Positions 1 to 9,677 of a stretch of DNA of 64,000 nucleotides are shown piece after piece. Each line of letters opens with the position of its first letter. The stretch's first letter is position 1. A model generated the notes under the pieces. It saw nothing but the letters and a program-made list of their open reading frames with translations. It was not told where the DNA came from and did no database searches. The stretch comes from an uncultured virus (IMG/VR IMGVR_UViG_3300028372_000001) (Duplodnaviria; Heunggongvirae; Uroviricota; Caudoviricetes): the IMG/VR virus record IMGVR_UViG_3300028372_000001; one strand, 5' to 3'. A program made the translations under genes and the position numbers.

Positions 1-157
1 TTTGATGTACCCGTCGGCACATGCATACTCTAGGAGAACTGCGATGGAAAGTCAAGCAGGGCGGGGGAGGACAGTACCCTGCGAGGAAGGTGGGTAGTAC
101 CCAGTCTCCCCCGACCCCTCTTTACCCTGCTTAGCTCACCAACCCCTTGGAGAGGTA

Positions 158-358
158 CTACGTGTCAATCCAGTCGGTGGTACCGTCATAAGTCGTGTCC
201 GGCTCGCTCGAAGCTTTCAGTTCGCGAACGACTTCACCGTCGTGGTCAATGATCAGAATCGTTCTCCACCCACCGTAGCGCTTGTACAACCTATTGGCCA
301 CCACTTCAGCCTGCGGAAAGTTTTCAAATAATAGCCCATCCACGTGGAACATGTTCAT
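158..358 (-). CDS. hypothetical protein
   Basis: ORF with GGAG upstream of ATG at 358; same orientation as neighbours. Confidence 0.55.
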   Translation of the reverse strand: MNMFHVDGLLFENFPQAEVVANRLYKRYGGWRTILIIDHDGEVVRELKASSEPDTTYDGTTDWIDT

Positions 359-408
359 TACTCCGTGTTGATGTACGTATAGTATAGTACTGCACGGAAC
401 TGCTGGTG

Positions 409-954
409 TCAACTGCCCACCAGCGCCCGTGCGGCTTCCATTTCAGCCTCATACAACTTCACTGCGAGGCTACCATACTTGCTGCCCCTGAATGCTTCCG
501 TGAACAGGGTGCTGAATGTAGCATCCTCGGTCACATACATGGACAGCTTCCGTACATTTTCGGTCCTGAGACCAGTCCGAAGGTTGGCAATCCGGTCTGC
601 CATCTTGACCGTCAGTGCATCGATTCGAACAACATCCCTTGATGCAAAACTAATGCCCCTCATCCTGAACATGAACTCGGCCTTCCTATCCGCTCTCGTC
701 GGAAGATCAGCATCAGTGATGAGAGCAACCGTGTCGCCAACCGTGATGCCGAATCTGGTCCTAACATCCGTAATGGTGGCATCAGTGTCTTCTACCACAT
801 CATGCAACCATCCAACGGTGATCAGGTGCGATTCCGATTCGACATTAAACTCCATAAGGAGAATGTTGACGACTTCGGCCAGATGCACCACATAGGGTGC
901 CCCACCATACTTCATATCTTCGTGTACAAACATTGCGAAGGTACTAGCATGCAT
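409..954 (-). CDS. HD-domain protein, SpoT/Mesh1-like small alarmone ((p)ppGpp) hydrolase
   Basis: Motifs H..MKYGGAPYVVHL, WLHDVVEDT, VKMADRIANL match the RelA/SpoT HD hydrolase domain. Confidence 0.8.
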   Translation of the reverse strand: MHASTFAMFVHEDMKYGGAPYVVHLAEVVNILLMEFNVESESHLITVGWLHDVVEDTDATITDVRTRFGITVGDTVALITDADLPTRADRKAEFMFRMRGISFASRDVVRIDALTVKMADRIANLRTGLRTENVRKLSMYVTEDATFSTLFTEAFRGSKYGSLAVKLYEAEMEAARALVGS

Positions 955-1261
955 CGTCTTTCTCCTTGTCGCTGTAGTCCCAACCGCACATGCGGCAGGA
1001 GTAATGAATGAGTGATCCTAACACTCCAATTGGTGCATTGCAAGCAGCACACTGGGGGCAATCCAGACCGTCGTCCATCTCTTCATCCATCATCTCATCC
1101 ATGGCCTTCCACGTTTCTTCTTCTTCCTCTTCACCATCATAGTATTTGGAATACTCCCAACCACATGAGCGGCAGTAGTAGTGAATGGTACATCCTAGCG
1201 TACCCAAGGGGGCGTTGCAAGTACCACACATCGGGCAGTCCAGAGCATCATCTGCCATCAT
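944..1261 (-). CDS. small protein with two tandem zinc-ribbon repeats
   Basis: LDCPxCxxCNAPxGxLGxxIHYxCRxCGWxYS occurs twice, separated by an acidic linker. Confidence 0.7.
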   Translation of the reverse strand: MMADDALDCPMCGTCNAPLGTLGCTIHYYCRSCGWEYSKYYDGEEEEEETWKAMDEMMDEEMDDGLDCPQCAACNAPIGVLGSLIHYSCRMCGWDYSDKEKDDAC

Positions 1262-1273
1262 GGTTGTCTCCGT

Positions 1274-1579
1274 TTAAGAGTGAAGAGTATACCGGTAATG
1301 TAAAAAATCCACAACAGGGTTGTGATTATATTCTGCCTCGAACCATTCATTGATTTCATGACTCGTAGTAGGAGCAGTCTCGTCACAGAACCCATAAGCA
1401 TCACGAAACATGTTACTCACAATCCCCGGAAACGCAGTGTCAAAATCTAGACCCAACCAACCAGTTTCACCATCCTCGTGTTTGACGAAAAAATAATTGA
1501 GTTCCGACTCGTAGTTGATGTTTTCAATCTCATCTTTGGTGAACATAATGGTTATCTCCGCTTCTAAAGTGTAGAGCAT
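1274..1579 (-). CDS. hypothetical acidic protein
   Basis: ORF with GAGG SD. Confidence 0.6.
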   Translation of the reverse strand: MLYTLEAEITIMFTKDEIENINYESELNYFFVKHEDGETGWLGLDFDTAFPGIVSNMFRDAYGFCDETAPTTSHEINEWFEAEYNHNPVVDFLHYRYTLHS

Positions 1580-1597
1580 ACACGAACCTCAGAAAAA

Positions 1598-1623
1598 GAA
1601 AAGGGGACCGAAGTCCCCTTTCT
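1598..1623. terminator. intrinsic terminator after rIIB
   Basis: aaggggac-cgaa-gtcccctt hairpin flanked by A/T runs. Confidence 0.75.
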
Positions 1624-1642
1624 CAGTGCCACTTGGAGGCAC

Positions 1643-2845
1643 TTAGGTATTGAAGCGCACCGGCCAGACTTCGCGGCTGGAAGCGTTCACATTCGGCCAC
1701 GAACGACCGTCACGGATGCGGGCGATGGTCTCCCGATGCACACCATAGGCCGCACCGATTGCCGTCAGACTCAGGTCGCCGCGATGAATCAGCAGTGCCC
1801 GAATATTCGCCACCTGAACTTCGTTCAGCGTCCCCGAGGTCGAGGCGGGCGTCGGGACAGGTGCGGGAGTGTCCTCATCGAAGTCCTCATCGAAGTCCTC
1901 ATCGAAGTCCTCATCGAGCATATCGAGCACATCATCGATGGAACTTTCATCATTCAAGTCCTCCACGGTCATGCGAGAGTCGAGTTCCGAATCGACGCCA
2001 TCATCGCCTTCGTATTCGTTCGTGTAGTAGGACGTGATACGAGTTGCGCTCCAATCCTCGATTTCAGATGCGACCGTGTAACTTGCCGCTCGACCCTTGC
2101 TGTTGTTGTAGTCGGACGGAATGGCAACCACATCAGCGGGGTTGATCTTGACCACGACGACCTTCCGACCACCGAAACCGTAGCTCGGCAGATATTCGTA
2201 GGAGCAGAAATGCAGGCCAGCCGAACAGGTGCGGTCCTTGTCCTCATCCACCATGTTGCGAGGGCACGAGATAGTCGTGATACCATCCACCACCTGAACC
2301 GTGACTTCCTCGCGGGCACCAGCGACGACCGGCTCACCGTACTTCACCAGTTCTTCGGCCGTCATCATAGCAGCGGGCTTGTTGAACACGCTCCCGCTGT
2401 AACCGTCCATGTAATCACTGCTTACGAACCGATACGCAAGGAAGTGACCATCAGACGTGACGGGCAGATCACAGGCTTCGATGAAACCCCACAGTTCATC
2501 CACAGCACGCTTCGACGGGTTGTTGTACAGGTTGTCGAGGAACTGAACGTAACCGTCCACAGCAGCCGAACCACGCGCCACCATTTCCAGAATACGATTG
2601 ACCAGCCGACCCACGACTTCACGACCGTCGAGGAAGATGCTGTTGTCACGAATCTCGACACGACCGAGGGTACGGCTCTTGACGTGACCACGAACGTCCG
2701 ACAGTTCACGGACCAGTGCTTCATCACCAGCGTCGATTGCATCACGAATCGCATAGTGCGAAGGATGATCCGTCGCAAACGAACAGGGCTTGCCGTCGAT
2801 GAAAACGGTCAGACCGCGATCCGTCATAGTGAAGGGAATATTCAT
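1643..2845 (-). CDS. rIIB: rIIB-like protein with acidic linker and C-terminal HTH
   Basis: DGHFLAYR, CSAGLHFCS, VKINPADVVAIPSDYNNSKGR motifs; directly downstream of rIIA. Confidence 0.85.
   Translation of the reverse strand: MNIPFTMTDRGLTVFIDGKPCSFATDHPSHYAIRDAIDAGDEALVRELSDVRGHVKSRTLGRVEIRDNSIFLDGREVVGRLVNRILEMVARGSAAVDGYVQFLDNLYNNPSKRAVDELWGFIEACDLPVTSDGHFLAYRFVSSDYMDGYSGSVFNKPAAMMTAEELVKYGEPVVAGAREEVTVQVVDGITTISCPRNMVDEDKDRTCSAGLHFCSYEYLPSYGFGGRKVVVVKINPADVVAIPSDYNNSKGRAASYTVASEIEDWSATRITSYYTNEYEGDDGVDSELDSRMTVEDLNDESSIDDVLDMLDEDFDEDFDEDFDEDTPAPVPTPASTSGTLNEVQVANIRALLIHRGDLSLTAIGAAYGVHRETIARIRDGRSWPNVNASSREVWPVRFNT
1872..1917. repeat. 12-bp tandem repeat (tcctcatcgaag) about x4, encoding DEDF
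   Basis: Seen directly. Confidence 0.9.
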
Positions 2846-2898
2846 ATTGTGCTTCTCCAAGTGAATGAGTGAGTATTATAACCTAGTGGATAGGGGGG

Positions 2899-5088
2899 TC
2901 AAGCCCCCGTTTCCACTTTTTCTACCAGCTTGATGTACTCTGCTGCCGAATCGAATAGATCATCACGACCTTCCGAATAGTACGGTATCGTGATGTGGCG
3001 CAGCATCGGGTAGCGGTCGAAGAATGCAGCAGACCGTACCTTGCCAGCTTCGTAACCAGCAGTGTGATTACCCGTAGTAGAACCCTTACCTTGAACCAAA
3101 TCCCAAAAGCCTCCAGCACGAGCCTTCAAAACTTCCATACGATCACGAACCACTTGAAGGTTGCCGACAACTTTCAGACCTTCAACGCGGTGCATGATAC
3201 CATTAATCAGCTTGTTATTGCAACCATCTAGAAAACCTTCGTATTTGTTGTATGCTTCAACATGGCGAGTAGCAGCAGCCATCTTGTCCTCAATCTGAGC
3301 CAGTGCAGTCTCGACCGTGATGTGCTGCTGACCAATCTTACCATCAAGGAACTTCTTGGCAGTCTGGTTGTTGACAGCATATACGGGCATATCAATCAAA
3401 TTCATCTTGATTGCTGCCATGAACATACGCAGATCGGCACCCGAAGCGTCCAACTGGTGACGATCCATCGGAATCACGACACCATCATCAAGATCGTCCA
3501 GCTTGTCATACTCAGCGTCCCATGCCACCGAACGATTGCTTGAATGCTCCGCGTTCTGGGGATCATACCTGTATGCACGCGGACGTGCATCATGCTTACG
3601 TCCCTTCGCCGCAGGAGCAGGAAGCGCCGACAGACGCTTGACTCGCGATACGTCGATGCAGAACGCATCCGCAATCTTGGAAATCATCGCCGCGTCGATT
3701 TCGACTTCACTGGAAACAGCCTCGACTACAAGCGTCTTGGGATAGCCGTTTTCCTCGCAGAACTTTTTAATCCGTGCAACGGGCTTGCTATTCGTGTCAC
3801 GGACAAAGACGTTTATATCACCATCAGGCGTCAACCGCGCACCATAATAACCATAATAACCATCGTCCAAATAGTTGATGTTTCGACGCTTCACACGCAC
3901 ACCACGTTCATGACTCTCGCGCTTCATGTAAGTGTGCTTCTCCATCAGAACACCAATCACATCAATGTCGCTCAAACGCTCAACACAGAACACCATGTCT
4001 TTTGTGCGATCATCAACCTTGAAAGCAGTGAAAATCTTGTCGAATTTCTGATTGTTCTTGATTGCCCGCTGCACCACCCGAATCTGTGCATTGAACAACA
4101 CAGCACGTTCCCATTGACTGTCCGTGGCGAGGATTTCCTTCATAGCATCACGGCAGAGCGATTGAGAAACAAGCAAAAGACGTGCGATGATGTTCTTGAT
4201 CGTATCACCTTCGTAGGAAATACCTTCACGCGATGCCGTCACTTCAATCTCACCAATGGGGAAATCGATAGTGGCACCATGCTTCCGCAGTGCGTCAGCA
4301 AAACTCATGACATTCGACGGAATATCCACGCCGAGAGAAGCCAGATTCAGCGGATAACCAACACCACCCTGAGTCACCCAGATACCGTTAACAGGCGAAG
4401 AAGTCTCTTTGTAGATCGTGACGTACTCGTTCGACATCTTGACACCCTGACTTATATCCATAATCGCCAGACCATCAAGATTGTTGACCAGCTTGGGAAG
4501 AACAGGCAGGAATCGAAGCTGGTCCCGGATAGCACGATGAAACGACCGATTGTCCGCGTCATTGACAGCAAGCGTAACCTCGACGCCGGGATGCTCGTCA
4601 GTATCCGACTCAGATTGCAGACTGATGTGCGGCAGACCATCATTGCCAATCACAGCAACGTAAATACGCTTCACACCATCGAAGATCGAGGAAATGGTGA
4701 ACTGGTCAGTGTAAGCGAAAGGAGTCTTGGCACCGAGACCAAAAGCACCAATCTCGTCATTCGACTGGTCTTTCGTGCTAAGACCATAAATGGCATAGAC
4801 CTTCCGTACCGAGTCGTCCGACAAACCAACACCATAATCCTTGACAGAGAACCACGGCTCCAGAGCATTCGGAACGTGAACCTCGACAGGAATATCAGGA
4901 GTACCCGCAGCACGATGAGCGTCCACCGCATTGCAGACAATCTCACGAACAATAGAACCGGGCTTGTCCTGATACAACGAACCAGAAAGAGTCTTGAACA
5001 TCTTGGAATTGTAAGCAATACCAAAATTGGAACGCTCACCAACTACACCACCCTGCTGAACATTGTTATGAAACTCTTTGACCTGCAT
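2899..5088 (-). CDS. rIIA: rIIA-like protein (N-terminal GHKL/HATPase)
   Basis: LSGSLYQDK..IVREIVCNAVDAH, DYGVGL, STKDQSNDEIGAFGLGAK, TASREGISY. Confidence 0.88.
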   Translation of the reverse strand: MQVKEFHNNVQQGGVVGERSNFGIAYNSKMFKTLSGSLYQDKPGSIVREIVCNAVDAHRAAGTPDIPVEVHVPNALEPWFSVKDYGVGLSDDSVRKVYAIYGLSTKDQSNDEIGAFGLGAKTPFAYTDQFTISSIFDGVKRIYVAVIGNDGLPHISLQSESDTDEHPGVEVTLAVNDADNRSFHRAIRDQLRFLPVLPKLVNNLDGLAIMDISQGVKMSNEYVTIYKETSSPVNGIWVTQGGVGYPLNLASLGVDIPSNVMSFADALRKHGATIDFPIGEIEVTASREGISYEGDTIKNIIARLLLVSQSLCRDAMKEILATDSQWERAVLFNAQIRVVQRAIKNNQKFDKIFTAFKVDDRTKDMVFCVERLSDIDVIGVLMEKHTYMKRESHERGVRVKRRNINYLDDGYYGYYGARLTPDGDINVFVRDTNSKPVARIKKFCEENGYPKTLVVEAVSSEVEIDAAMISKIADAFCIDVSRVKRLSALPAPAAKGRKHDARPRAYRYDPQNAEHSSNRSVAWDAEYDKLDDLDDGVVIPMDRHQLDASGADLRMFMAAIKMNLIDMPVYAVNNQTAKKFLDGKIGQQHITVETALAQIEDKMAAATRHVEAYNKYEGFLDGCNNKLINGIMHRVEGLKVVGNLQVVRDRMEVLKARAGGFWDLVQGKGSTTGNHTAGYEAGKVRSAAFFDRYPMLRHITIPYYSEGRDDLFDSAAEYIKLVEKVETGA

Positions 5089-5121
5089 GTTGAAACTCCC
5101 TAAGTGCCCAAGTGAGATTGA

Positions 5122-5150
5122 ATATTACCGAACTGCTAATTACCTGTCAA
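5122..5150 (-). promoter_or_regulatory. sigma70-type promoter for rIIA
   Basis: TTGACA-17 bp-TAATAT on the minus strand. Confidence 0.6.
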
Positions 5151-5238
5151 GACTTTTCTACAGACTTCTCGTCAGACTTCTCATCCCACACAATCGGCGT
5201 GCAGAAATTACCCTTGATGCCCATAGCCCGGTCCTTGA

Positions 5239-5676
5239 TCATACCACCCACAACATTCGCCCCTTATTACCACTAAGGTATTCATGAGTGTAACCCACAG
5301 CACACATCACCGCAGCGATAGGCACACCCACCAATAGAACACAAGCCATTACCGCTCCAAGGCCAGTAGGAATAACCATAACGGAAAAAGCGAACAAAAT
5401 CACTTGGGTTGAATCCATATCCTGAAAAATAAGCCGCAGACCGTTACTAAACCAGTGAATCGCACCCGGACCAATACCATACCAGCTTTCAAGACCAAGA
5501 GTGAACAACGAAACGAACATAGCCATGAAAGTAAGTGGCGCAAAAAGAACGCTTACCGTCATCCATACATAATTCAAACCATTCCACAACCCCACCAGAA
5601 CATACCACAGTCCGTCTTGGGTACAGGTGCCCACAACCACCAATCTAACTCGGCAGTCAACGTGTTGTCGAACCAC
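5239..5676 (-). CDS. multi-pass membrane protein
   Basis: Several long hydrophobic segments; start uncertain. Confidence 0.55.
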   Translation of the reverse strand: MVRQHVDCRVRLVVVGTCTQDGLWYVLVGLWNGLNYVWMTVSVLFAPLTFMAMFVSLFTLGLESWYGIGPGAIHWFSNGLRLIFQDMDSTQVILFAFSVMVIPTGLGAVMACVLLVGVPIAAVMCAVGYTHEYLSGNKGRMLWVV

Positions 5677-5780
5677 TGATAACCAATTGAATCCTTCGAA
5701 AGATGACGCATTCTATCTACTCCTGTTGTATGAACGATGCAAGTATATTACTCAACCAAATCTAAAATGTCAACGCATTT

Positions 5781-5936
5781 TCATCCGCCAACCCGACACT
5801 GAATACAAGTCCCCGAAGGTACCTCATCCTCATCCAATATACAACCACAAAATGCACAACCCTCATCTTCAAGCAAAGAATCACTCACATACCATGAGGA
5901 CACAATGTCATCAACAAACTCTCGCATACCATCCAT
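5781..5936 (-). CDS. small acidic zinc-finger protein (not in ORF track)
   Basis: Manual translation MDGMREFVDD...EGCAFCGCILDEDEVPSGTCIQCRVGG*; two CxxC pairs. Confidence 0.5.
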   Translation of the reverse strand: MDGMREFVDDIVSSWYVSDSLLEDEGCAFCGCILDEDEVPSGTCIQCRVGG

Positions 5937-5953
5937 AATATCCATAATATCCA

Positions 5954-6190
5954 TCACATACCCCCAGCATCCTGCACTTCACGCAAAGCCTGAACAACAG
6001 CTTCAACACACATGATATCCACCCTCAAAAGCAACAAGCCAAAGAAAAGAAGCATCATAAAGAAACCAATGACGATGTGCGGAATACCATTATGGTCAGG
6101 ATCACGTATCATCATCCCCAATTGCATACCAATGATCGCACCATTGACACCAATCATCAACATGTAAAACACCAACCTAAAAACATCCAT
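5954..6190 (-). CDS. small membrane protein
   Basis: Two hydrophobic helices; overlaps the stop of the upstream gene. Confidence 0.6.
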   Translation of the reverse strand: MDVFRLVFYMLMIGVNGAIIGMQLGMMIRDPDHNGIPHIVIGFFMMLLFFGLLLLRVDIMCVEAVVQALREVQDAGGM

Positions 6191-6450
6191 CAGGCAACCC
6201 CACCACCAACTACAAACACACTGACCACAGAACTCACGTCCAGAACCAAAGAACCAGAATCACCAGCATCACTATACCCGCTGGCATACCCATCACAGAA
6301 CATAGTACAATCCAGAGTATGGAGATACATACTCCTACCACTGTTACCTCCCCATGCCACACACAACACATCATACTGCTCCCGCGTCAGCATCACACGA
6401 TGAACATGACCACCCTCCATATGAATGTGAACCATCTTCTTATCACTCAT
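6190..6450 (-). CDS. hypothetical protein
   Basis: ORF, probable start MSDKK. Confidence 0.5.
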   Translation of the reverse strand: MSDKKMVHIHMEGGHVHRVMLTREQYDVLCVAWGGNSGRSMYLHTLDCTMFCDGYASGYSDAGDSGSLVLDVSSVVSVFVVGGGVA

Positions 6451-6953
6451 CTCAACAACCCCCATGAAATAATACCCATCATCACACACAATGGGCCAAC
6501 CGTCAACAATTATGGGCCATCGTTGTAACAACAATACCACTCGTCACCTATACATTGATTCCTTATAATTTATGCTTTATACTAGGATGGCGGTTGGGGG
6601 GATAGGTAAACAACTCTGGGCCACGACCCCGACAGGGGGAGTGTGCCCATTCCCCCAACCACCCACCTATGGTAGCACACTAATTTACAAAATACAACCA
6701 TTGACAAACATGGGCCAAATATGGGACACTGTAAGATTTCCTACTCGTCACAAAAAAATTTGACAACCATAACCAATTGTGGTAATACAAAAATAATCCT
6801 TGACATTACCTAATATACAATGATAATGGGCCACAGCCAAAGGGGAGTTTGTTTATTTGTCAAGTAATATCCAAGACAATTTACAACTAAATAGAGGTAA
6901 CGTTTATAACCATGCTAGCCATGGTTGTCCGTGGGCCATCGGTCAGATCATCG

Positions 6954-7076
6954 ACCGCTCGTCAGCTAGTGATTGCTATTGCAAAATACAACCGCTCGTC
7001 AGCTAGTGATTGCTATTTTCAATTCGACCGCTCGTCAGCTAGTGATTGCTATTGCAAAATACAACCGTTCGTCAGG
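6954..7076. repeat. iteron-like direct repeats: 27-bp core accgctcgtcagctagtgattgctatt x3 plus a partial 4th, period 36-37 bp
   Basis: Copies at 6954, 6991, 7027; partial at 7064. Confidence 0.9.
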
Positions 7077-7081
7077 CTAAC

Positions 7082-7110
7082 TTGACAACCATCGCAGATT
7101 GTGGTATAAT
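7082..7110 (+). promoter_or_regulatory. consensus sigma70 promoter
   Basis: TTGACA-17 bp-TATAAT, perfect consensus. Confidence 0.8.
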
Positions 7111-7193
7111 CGGGAGGCTATTAACATGCTGTTAACAATTAAAGACGATAGGCCACAGCTATGACAACCATGGTTGTGATAGTCAAAATCATA

Positions 7194-7222
7194 TTGACGA
7201 TGGGGCTCTGATCGTGTAGACT
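7194..7222 (+). promoter_or_regulatory. sigma70-type promoter
   Basis: TTGACG-17 bp-TAGACT. Confidence 0.5.
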
Positions 7223-7385
7223 GTGGTTGTGGAAAATCTTTTCACGCTTTGAACGCGGCCCTTACCAGACAATCAAAGCCATTGATCTCCCACAACAATA
7301 ATCTCAACCCCCACAACGCCCCACAATCTACCACAGTAAAACGGCTTATAATTTAACAACCACGGTATTTACAGCCTGATTGACG

Positions 7386-7405
7386 TTATAATTTATAAAT
7401 TATAA
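7386..7405. repeat. perfect 20-bp all-AT palindrome TTATAATTTATAAATTATAA
   Basis: Equal to its own reverse complement; lies at the skew switch. Confidence 0.9.
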
Positions 7406-7732
7406 GAACTAATAGTAGTTTACTGACCACCCAATTCGAAGTCCATTTGATGTTTGATTAATGCTAACGCAAGCGTTAGCGGCTGTATAGAGGTCCTACA
7501 CGGTGTGTTCTCTACGTGTTTCTCTACGTGTTCTCTACGAGTTTAAATGTAGTGACGAGTGGGTGTTGCGGTCTCTGGATAGGTATGTTATTGTGTATTA
7601 CTGTTAAATGCTAACGCAAGCGTGAGGATAGTTATGATAGGTACTGCGAAGAAGGTGTCTACGATAGTAGGTATGACTAAGAGTCTGACTGCTTCTTGGG
7701 TGGCTATAGAAAGTAAGAATACGAAGAAGCTA

Positions 7733-9677
7733 ATGACTACCAATATCAACTTGAATAGTGACGTAATTACGTTGCGTGATTGGCAGTCAGAAGCCTTCCA
7801 TAAGTACGTTGCCACTACCCGTAAGAACTTCTACATTAATGCTCCTACTGGTAGCGGAAAGAGCAAGGCTGTAATGGCGATTATTGCTAAGGCTCTAGAT
7901 GTTGACACTACTTGCAAGATCATCATTGCTGTTCCTCAGAAAGCAATTGGTGGGGGCTTTGCTACTGCCAACGGACCCAAGATTTTTGCTGATCTTGGTG
8001 TTGATTATGTTCTTGATGAGAACTACTGTGACGATGGTAAGTCAGTAGACGAGAGCAAGGTTAAGGCTGTCATTGCTTTTTTGAAGCGTAACTCCACAAC
8101 CAAGGCTCGTCGTTTGCTTCTTTGCACTCATGCTACTCTTGCTAGGGTGTATGCTACTCTTGAGGTTAGTGGTAATCTTTCGTTGTTGGTTAGGTCTACG
8201 CTCTGGTTTGACGAGGCTCATCACATCATGGGTTACGACAATACTATTTCCAATAAGCTGGGTGGATTGGTTCAGTATTCTTTGAACAACAATATTCCTG
8301 TCAACTTGGTTACTGCTACTGCCTTTCGTGGTGATGGTATGCCTATCATTCCTCGTGACAAGGTGGATAGTTTTGAGAAGTATTACCTTCCGTATGATCG
8401 TCACTTTGGAGAGAACTGTAATGGGTTGTCGTTCAAGTATGATTTCATTCTTACTCAGGGTCATTGGTATGATGGTATTGAGCGTGTGATCGAAGACACT
8501 GGTGGTTGTAAGACTATTGTGTTTTATTCCTCATCCCAGTTCCAACCTGTCTACTGGCAACAAGCTTGTTGAAGTGCGGAAGATCATTTCCTTGTATAAA
8601 GGTTCTGTGGTTACTGCTGCTGATACAGTAGAGGACAACCATGGTGTTATGTCTGTTACCAATCAGTCTGGTGATGTTTACAAGATCATTGATTTGGTGA
8701 AGGAAGAAGGTCGTAGTGTAAAGATTGAGTACTTGCGTGATCATGGTGATGTTGTGGTGGGTATCAATGTTCCTAAAGAGGGATTTGATTGGCCTGCGGC
8801 TTCTCGTGAAATCATTGTAGGTCCGCGTGGTTCATTGACTGATTTGATTCAGATGTTGGGTCGGACTTTTCGTGCTCATCCTGCTAAGGGTTATGGTCTT
8901 GAGCCTGTTGAGATTTACCATGTGATGCCTTGGGTTGATCGTGCTGCTGTTGATGATGATGAGTTAAGGGATAAGTTCAACACGTACATGTCGGCTGTGA
9001 TGATGAGCTTGATCTTTGAGGACATTATGCTGCCTGTTGACCTGAAAGTTCCGTCTCTCCGTAAGAACGACAACGATAGTATTCCTGAGCCCAATGAGGT
9101 TATGGAGTACATCAAGGACGTTCTAGGAGACGAGGGTTGGATTAAACTCAGAAGTGAAGCGATGGATGCTTGTACTGAGTATCGCTCTCAGAACGAAGAT
9201 GTGACGGTTAGGGAGGCTAATGAGATGTATCAGCAGATCATTATGGATATGGTCAATGATTGTGCTGATATTGAAGAATATGAAGAGGACATTGCTGATC
9301 TGGTCTTCAAGAGTTTCATGCGTGCGTCGTTCAAGGCTGCTAGGTTGGATATGGTTTCTGAGAATGTGGATGAATTGTTCTTGGATATGGACTTGATGGA
9401 TCAGGTTGATGCTGTTGCTGGGTTCACTACGTTCTTCTTGAAAGAGTATTGTGATGCTCTTACGTTGAAAGAGTATCGCCAGATTGCTTATGGTCGATTT
9501 ATTGCTTCGGCTGAACAACACCGGGAGTGGATTAGAACAGGTAATTACACTGCACGACAATGGGTTGAGGAAGGATATCCCAAGTACAAAGATCAAGGGG
9601 CGGTCTACAGCCCCGATAAGAAATTCAAAAAGCCATGGTCTTGGTTCACAGGAAATACGAAAGATAATGAAGAGTAA
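7733..9677 (+). pseudogene. SF2 DEAH-box helicase split by a +1 frameshift at TTTT 8522-8525
   Basis: 5' ORF has Q motif LRDWQ, APTGSGKS, DEAHH, TAT; 3' ORF has KEGFDWP and QMLGRTFR; removing one T gives KTIVFIPHPSS. Confidence 0.75.

Noticed and set aside
5..120. HDV-like ribozyme on the minus strand (CCT-TCCTCGC-AGG resembles P3/L3)
   Set aside because: P1 is only about 5 bp, the P1.1 GG is missing and there is no P4; a simple GC-rich hairpin (cggggga/tcccccg) explains the region better
1736..5103. Long plus-strand ORFs opposite rIIA/rIIB (likewise 33373-34437, 34651-35850, 52982-53665)
   Set aside because: Antisense open frames expected from codon bias; no motifs or SDs
6954..7076. CRISPR array
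   Set aside because: The 'spacers' are only 9-10 bp and two are identical; no cas genes
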